Assembly: GCA_963798485.1 (NCBI GenBank)
Contig: CAWCTR010000007.1
Span: forward strand, 160,001 to 224,000
Source of the DNA: an uncultured delta proteobacterium
GTDB taxonomy: Bacteria; Desulfobacterota; Desulfomonilia; UBA1062
DNA length: 64,000 nt
Reading direction: 5' to 3'
Shown: positions 59,953 to 64,000 of the stretch, piece after piece
How positions within the stretch are numbered: the first letter of the stretch is position 1
Layout: each line of letters starts with the position of its first letter
Made by a program: the position numbers and the translations under genes
Notes under the pieces: model-generated
What the model saw: the letters and a program-made list of their open reading frames with translations, nothing else
Told to the model about the DNA's origin: nothing
Databases searched by the model: none

Positions 59953-62373
59953 TCAGGGGGTTTGCTTTGCCCTGATTATGTTTTCAGCAATCCGCACTGC
60001 CTCGACACCATCTTTGGCATAATAAGCCCCTATGGAGGCGGCATAGTCTGATGTCACAACAGCCCCTCCCACGAGGTAATCACAGGACAACCCTGCTTGT
60101 CTCATAAGATCAAGGGCCCCTTTCATATTCACCATGGTCGTCGTCATGAGGGCTGAAAGGCCCACAATGTCAGGGTTGTGTTTTCCGGCTGCCTCAATGA
60201 GCTCTTCATGGGATATGTCTTTGCCCAGGTCAATCACCTCGAAGCCATTATTCTTCAGCATTAAGCCTACGATGTTTTTCCCGATGTCGTGGATATCACC
60301 CTTGACCGTTGCAAGGATGATCTTTCCCTTGCCGGCCGAAGAGGCGCCTTCCTTATGTAATTGCGGCTGGAGAAATTCGAAGCCGCGCTTCATGGTCTCA
60401 GCGCTGGCTATGAGCTGGGGAAGAAAATACGTTTTCTTCTCATAGAGCTCTCCGACCTTTTGAATGGCGGGGATCATCACCTCATCCACAAGGTCCCGGG
60501 CCGGCCCGCCTTGTTCCATGACGTTTTTGATAAGGGCCGAAATCCCATCCCTGTCTCCCTCGATGATGGCCTGGTATACCTGCTCTTCCATGCTTTTCGG
60601 TGAGGATGTTAACACTCCGCCAAGAAGGGCATCCCTTGATCCGCTGAAATGGGCAATGAAGGCGGCGGCGTCTTTATCCCTTCCTGCAAGCACATCACCG
60701 GCCCTCTTTATGCTCATGAGCTCAACACTTTCCGGATTTGCTATGGCGCTCGTGAGCCCGTTGCAGATAGCCATGGCCATGAATGAGGCATTGATCCACT
60801 TCCTCTCGGGCAACCCGAAAGAGACGTTCGAGAGCCCTACAACGGTCTTTACCCCGAATTTACCGGTGCACCACTCAATGGTCTTCAAGGTCTCAAGGGC
60901 GGCTGACCTATCTGCAGATACCGCCATGGTAAGGGCATCCACAATGATATCATCCTTCATGAATCCAAACTGAGAGGCCTTTTTATAGATACCCTTGATG
61001 ATTGTGCTTCGCTCGGTTGACGTCTTGGGCACGGCCCTGCCGGTTATGGGCAGAAGGATGAACATGGCCCCGTAGAACGCAGCCAGCCTGAAGCGTTCCT
61101 CAAGGGTATTCTCCTCTCCGGATATGGAATTGATCAGAGCCCTGCCCGGATAGATCCTCAGGGCAGCCTCAAGGGAATCGAGGCGGGATGTGTCGATGCA
61201 CAAGGGCGCATCGGTACTCAAGGTTATCTGCCTTACAGCCTGAGACAAGGTTGAAGTCTCATCAAGGCCCGGCATGCCCACGTTCACATCGATGATGGAC
61301 GCACCTTTTTTCACCTGGTCCCTTGCAAATGAGCAGGCAAGAGAAAACTTGCCCGCCAGGAGTTCTTGCTGGAGGTCCTTTTTGCCCGTGGGGTTAATGC
61401 GCTCTCCGATAATGGCAAGGGGCCTGCCCCTGTCCAGCATCACGGTCTTTGAATGCGAGCTGAGAGCACTTACGGACTTCACCAGGGGGGGTTGCCCTTT
61501 AAGATCCAGGCACCTTTTTTTCAGCACCCTGATATGCTCAGGTGTTGTCCCGCAGCATCCCCCCAGGAGGTTTGCCCCGGCATCAACGAGGTCATGGGCA
61601 AATCCTGCAAACTCCTGTGGGTCCATATCGAATAAGGTTTTTCCTTCTTTCAGCCTTGGCAGCCCCGCATTGGGCTTTGCCACCAGGGGCACCTTTGCAA
61701 GGTGTTTCATCCCTCGGATCAGAGGGATCATCTCTTTCGGACCCGCCGAGCAGTTGCACCCGAAAACATCAGCCCCCAGGGCCTGGAGGGTGATGAGTGC
61801 CGAGGCGGTATCCGTGCCGTTCAGCGTCCGGCCTGAGGCATCAAAGGTCATGGAGCAGATCGTGAACCTTTCCGAGATTTCCTTGATGGCGATAAGGGCG
61901 GCTCTGGTCTCCTGCAAATCTATCATGGTCTCTATCACGAACAGGTCGACACCACCGTCGAGAAGCCCTTGCGCCTGCTCTTTATAGCATTTGACCGCAT
62001 CCTCGAAATCAAGGTCCCCGAAGGGGTCTACAAATCTCCCTGTGGGCCCGATATCCCCGGCAACAAGCCCGTTCTTTCCGGCGGCTTCCCTGGCAATAAC
62101 CGCCAGAGCTCGGTTCACGTCATATGCGTCGGATAACCCGTAATCGGCGAGCTTGTACCTGTTCGCCCCGAAGGTGCAGGTATAGATGATATCCGAGCCC
62201 GCATTCAAATAACCCCTGTGCACTGCCTTGATGGCCTGGGGGTTATTGATACAGAACAATTCCGGCGATACACCTTCCGGCATGCCTTGCGCCTGGAGCT
62301 CCGTACCGGTTGCCCCGTCTAGGATAATCAGTCCTTGCCGGATCATCTTTTGAATCCTGAGTTTTGTGTTCAC
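59953..62373 (-). CDS. metH: Cobalamin-dependent methionine synthase lacking the activation domain
   Basis: LDGATGT, GGCCGT, IIGERINPTGK, GDIHDIGKNIV. Confidence 0.9.
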   Translation of the reverse strand: MNTKLRIQKMIRQGLIILDGATGTELQAQGMPEGVSPELFCINNPQAIKAVHRGYLNAGSDIIYTCTFGANRYKLADYGLSDAYDVNRALAVIAREAAGKNGLVAGDIGPTGRFVDPFGDLDFEDAVKCYKEQAQGLLDGGVDLFVIETMIDLQETRAALIAIKEISERFTICSMTFDASGRTLNGTDTASALITLQALGADVFGCNCSAGPKEMIPLIRGMKHLAKVPLVAKPNAGLPRLKEGKTLFDMDPQEFAGFAHDLVDAGANLLGGCCGTTPEHIRVLKKRCLDLKGQPPLVKSVSALSSHSKTVMLDRGRPLAIIGERINPTGKKDLQQELLAGKFSLACSFARDQVKKGASIIDVNVGMPGLDETSTLSQAVRQITLSTDAPLCIDTSRLDSLEAALRIYPGRALINSISGEENTLEERFRLAAFYGAMFILLPITGRAVPKTSTERSTIIKGIYKKASQFGFMKDDIIVDALTMAVSADRSAALETLKTIEWCTGKFGVKTVVGLSNVSFGLPERKWINASFMAMAICNGLTSAIANPESVELMSIKRAGDVLAGRDKDAAAFIAHFSGSRDALLGGVLTSSPKSMEEQVYQAIIEGDRDGISALIKNVMEQGGPARDLVDEVMIPAIQKVGELYEKKTYFLPQLIASAETMKRGFEFLQPQLHKEGASSAGKGKIILATVKGDIHDIGKNIVGLMLKNNGFEVIDLGKDISHEELIEAAGKHNPDIVGLSALMTTTMVNMKGALDLMRQAGLSCDYLVGGAVVTSDYAASIGAYYAKDGVEAVRIAENIIRAKQTP

Positions 62374-62391
62374 GAATACCTCTCTTGTAAC

Positions 62392-63030
62392 CTACATCTT
62401 CGCTCGGGGCGCTACAACCCCTGCAATGGCGGTGACACTCTTTTCAGGCATGAGAATGTATCTGTCCGTAATAGAAACACCGATCTTATCCAGATGGAGA
62501 AGCTCATGAATGGCCTTCTGGTTCTCCAGGGAAAAATCCCCGTAGCCTGCAGAAAACCGGGCCTTTGTAAGGCTCCTGGCCTTTCTCATGAGATCCCGGT
62601 TCATATAATCCATCATCCAGTCAAGCCCTGAATCGGTCATCTCACTGGCAACGGCATCGAGTATTACCGCCCTGGTCAGACTTTCCGATTGAGTGGCCGA
62701 TGAAATCTCTTCCATAATCGCCTGACCGGCAGTGGCGCCCATGAGCAGCACCTGCCCGCAACCGGAAAGCATCCCTGCAAGCGCACTGCTCGTAAAGACG
62801 GTCTTATCTTCCAACTCAACGCCGGATCGATCAACCCTCACAAGGTCCAGCATACAGGCAGCCCCCTTGAGATGAACAATCCTAGAGGCCTCGTCGATGG
62901 TGGCCGTAAGTTTATTCTCTTCGGCAGGGTTGAGTTCGGTTACACCCTTCTTGAAACCAAGCCGTTTATAGATCGCCTTCATGGGCAGAGGCACCCGCAT
63001 AGCATTAAAATAGACCGGTCCTTGAAACAT
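62392..63030 (-). CDS. Stand-alone methionine synthase activation domain
   Basis: RFSAGYGDF.L..Q, PEKSVTAI; directly upstream of metH. Confidence 0.85.
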   Translation of the reverse strand: MFQGPVYFNAMRVPLPMKAIYKRLGFKKGVTELNPAEENKLTATIDEASRIVHLKGAACMLDLVRVDRSGVELEDKTVFTSSALAGMLSGCGQVLLMGATAGQAIMEEISSATQSESLTRAVILDAVASEMTDSGLDWMMDYMNRDLMRKARSLTKARFSAGYGDFSLENQKAIHELLHLDKIGVSITDRYILMPEKSVTAIAGVVAPRAKM

Positions 63031-63195
63031 GCTGTATGATCTAGTTGTTCAACAAGAAAGATTCAAGCCCTTTTCATACTCCATGGGTAGATCCGTGATT
63101 CACAGGCCAGGGATAAATCTCTGGTAGACCGACTATTGTTTTGGTATTATGCTATGATCGTAACACATCCTGTGCAACATAGATGAGGAGTTCCT

Positions 63196-64000
63196 ATGGA
63201 TCTTCAGAGGCTTTTTTATCCTGAGAGTGTTGCGGTTATGGGTGCCTCTCCAAAATTGGGAGGCGGAAAGATGCCGTACTACCAAATACTCCAGTGGGCC
63301 GGCTATAAGGGGAGGTTGTATCCTGTCAATCCAAAGTATACGGATATTAATGGGATCAAGGTATATGCGTCCCTGGACGATATCCCGGAAGCGGTAGATC
63401 TTGCCATCGCAGGCGTGCCGGCAAACAAGGCTTTGGAGACGGTTGAGGCGGCGGCCCGCAAGGGCATCAAATACCTTCACTTCTTCACTTCGGGCTTTTC
63501 AGAGATCGGAAACATCGAACTTGAAAAGGCAATACTAATGGCTGCCGCCAAGGGTGGCACGAGGATCATCGGACCCAACTGCATAGGCATCCATTGCACT
63601 GAGGCTTCAATCACCTGTGACATCCCCAAGACCCCCATTTCCGGCATCGGCACAGTGGCCTTTCTTGGTCAGTCGGGCGGCATGACCCACAACTTCATGC
63701 GGATGGCCCATTCCCGCAAACTCGAGCTTAATAAAGTAGTCTCATACGGCAACCAGATCGACCTGAAAGTGGAGGATTTTCTGGAATACTTAGCCGAGGA
63801 TGATACGGTAAAGGTGATTGCCGCCTATATTGAAGATATCAAGAACCCCAGGCGCTTCATGGATGCCTTGGATAAAACGACACGTAAAAAGCCCGTGGTC
63901 ATCCTCAAGGGGGGGATAACGGAACAGGGCGCCAAGGCGGCGGCATCTCACACAGGCGCCATGGCGGCAAGCCATGAGATCTGGACTGCCGTCATGAAGC
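63196..64000 (+). CDS. ADP-forming acyl-CoA synthetase alpha/CoA-binding subunit, 3'-truncated by window edge
   Basis: Not in the ORF track; translates MDLQRLFYPESVAVMGAS..YPVNPK..IIGPNC..QSGG..SYGN..KGG..ASHTGA. Confidence 0.9.
   Translation, partial: MDLQRLFYPESVAVMGASPKLGGGKMPYYQILQWAGYKGRLYPVNPKYTDINGIKVYASLDDIPEAVDLAIAGVPANKALETVEAAARKGIKYLHFFTSGFSEIGNIELEKAILMAAAKGGTRIIGPNCIGIHCTEASITCDIPKTPISGIGTVAFLGQSGGMTHNFMRMAHSRKLELNKVVSYGNQIDLKVEDFLEYLAEDDTVKVIAAYIEDIKNPRRFMDALDKTTRKKPVVILKGGITEQGAKAAASHTGAMAASHEIWTAVMK

Noticed and set aside
63610-63625. TGA in the last gene as a selenocysteine codon or premature stop
   Set aside because: It is out of frame (ACC TGT GAC); the reading frame stays open to the window end

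Overview
A 64 kb chromosomal window, most likely from an anaerobic fatty-acid-degrading deltaproteobacterium (Desulfobacterota-like; inferred from gene content). Most of it is housekeeping and metabolic: pilA, ddl, apgM, dus, queECF, ilvE, lpoB, trxBA, dtd, degP, rpsA-like, rnr, a TolC-family gene, etfBA, perR-rbr, ccdA-tlpA, split metH, and several acyl-CoA dehydrogenase/ligase genes. The notable features are mostly outside the ORF track. (1) Three tandem c-di-GMP-I (GEMM)-type riboswitches (11050-11316, minus), preceded by boxA-like and sigma28-like sites, lead into a secreted DUF6160/FilA-like protein and lie just downstream of a class III cyclase-STAND-TPR gene. (2) An integrase-less integron relic (attI-like site, a cassette and two attC sites) at about 30.3-34.1 kb is interrupted by a RAYT transposase, which is itself interrupted by an IS5-family element. 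(3) An AT-rich islet behind pilA carries a sigma54-preceded, repeat-expanded surface protein and an orphan structured segment resembling an IS110 non-coding end. (4) There is an lva/ACAD10-11-like kinase + acyl-CoA dehydrogenase + phosphatase operon, and several genes reduced to in-place fragments by internal deletions. Family assignments come from motif recognition by eye; no searches were run.
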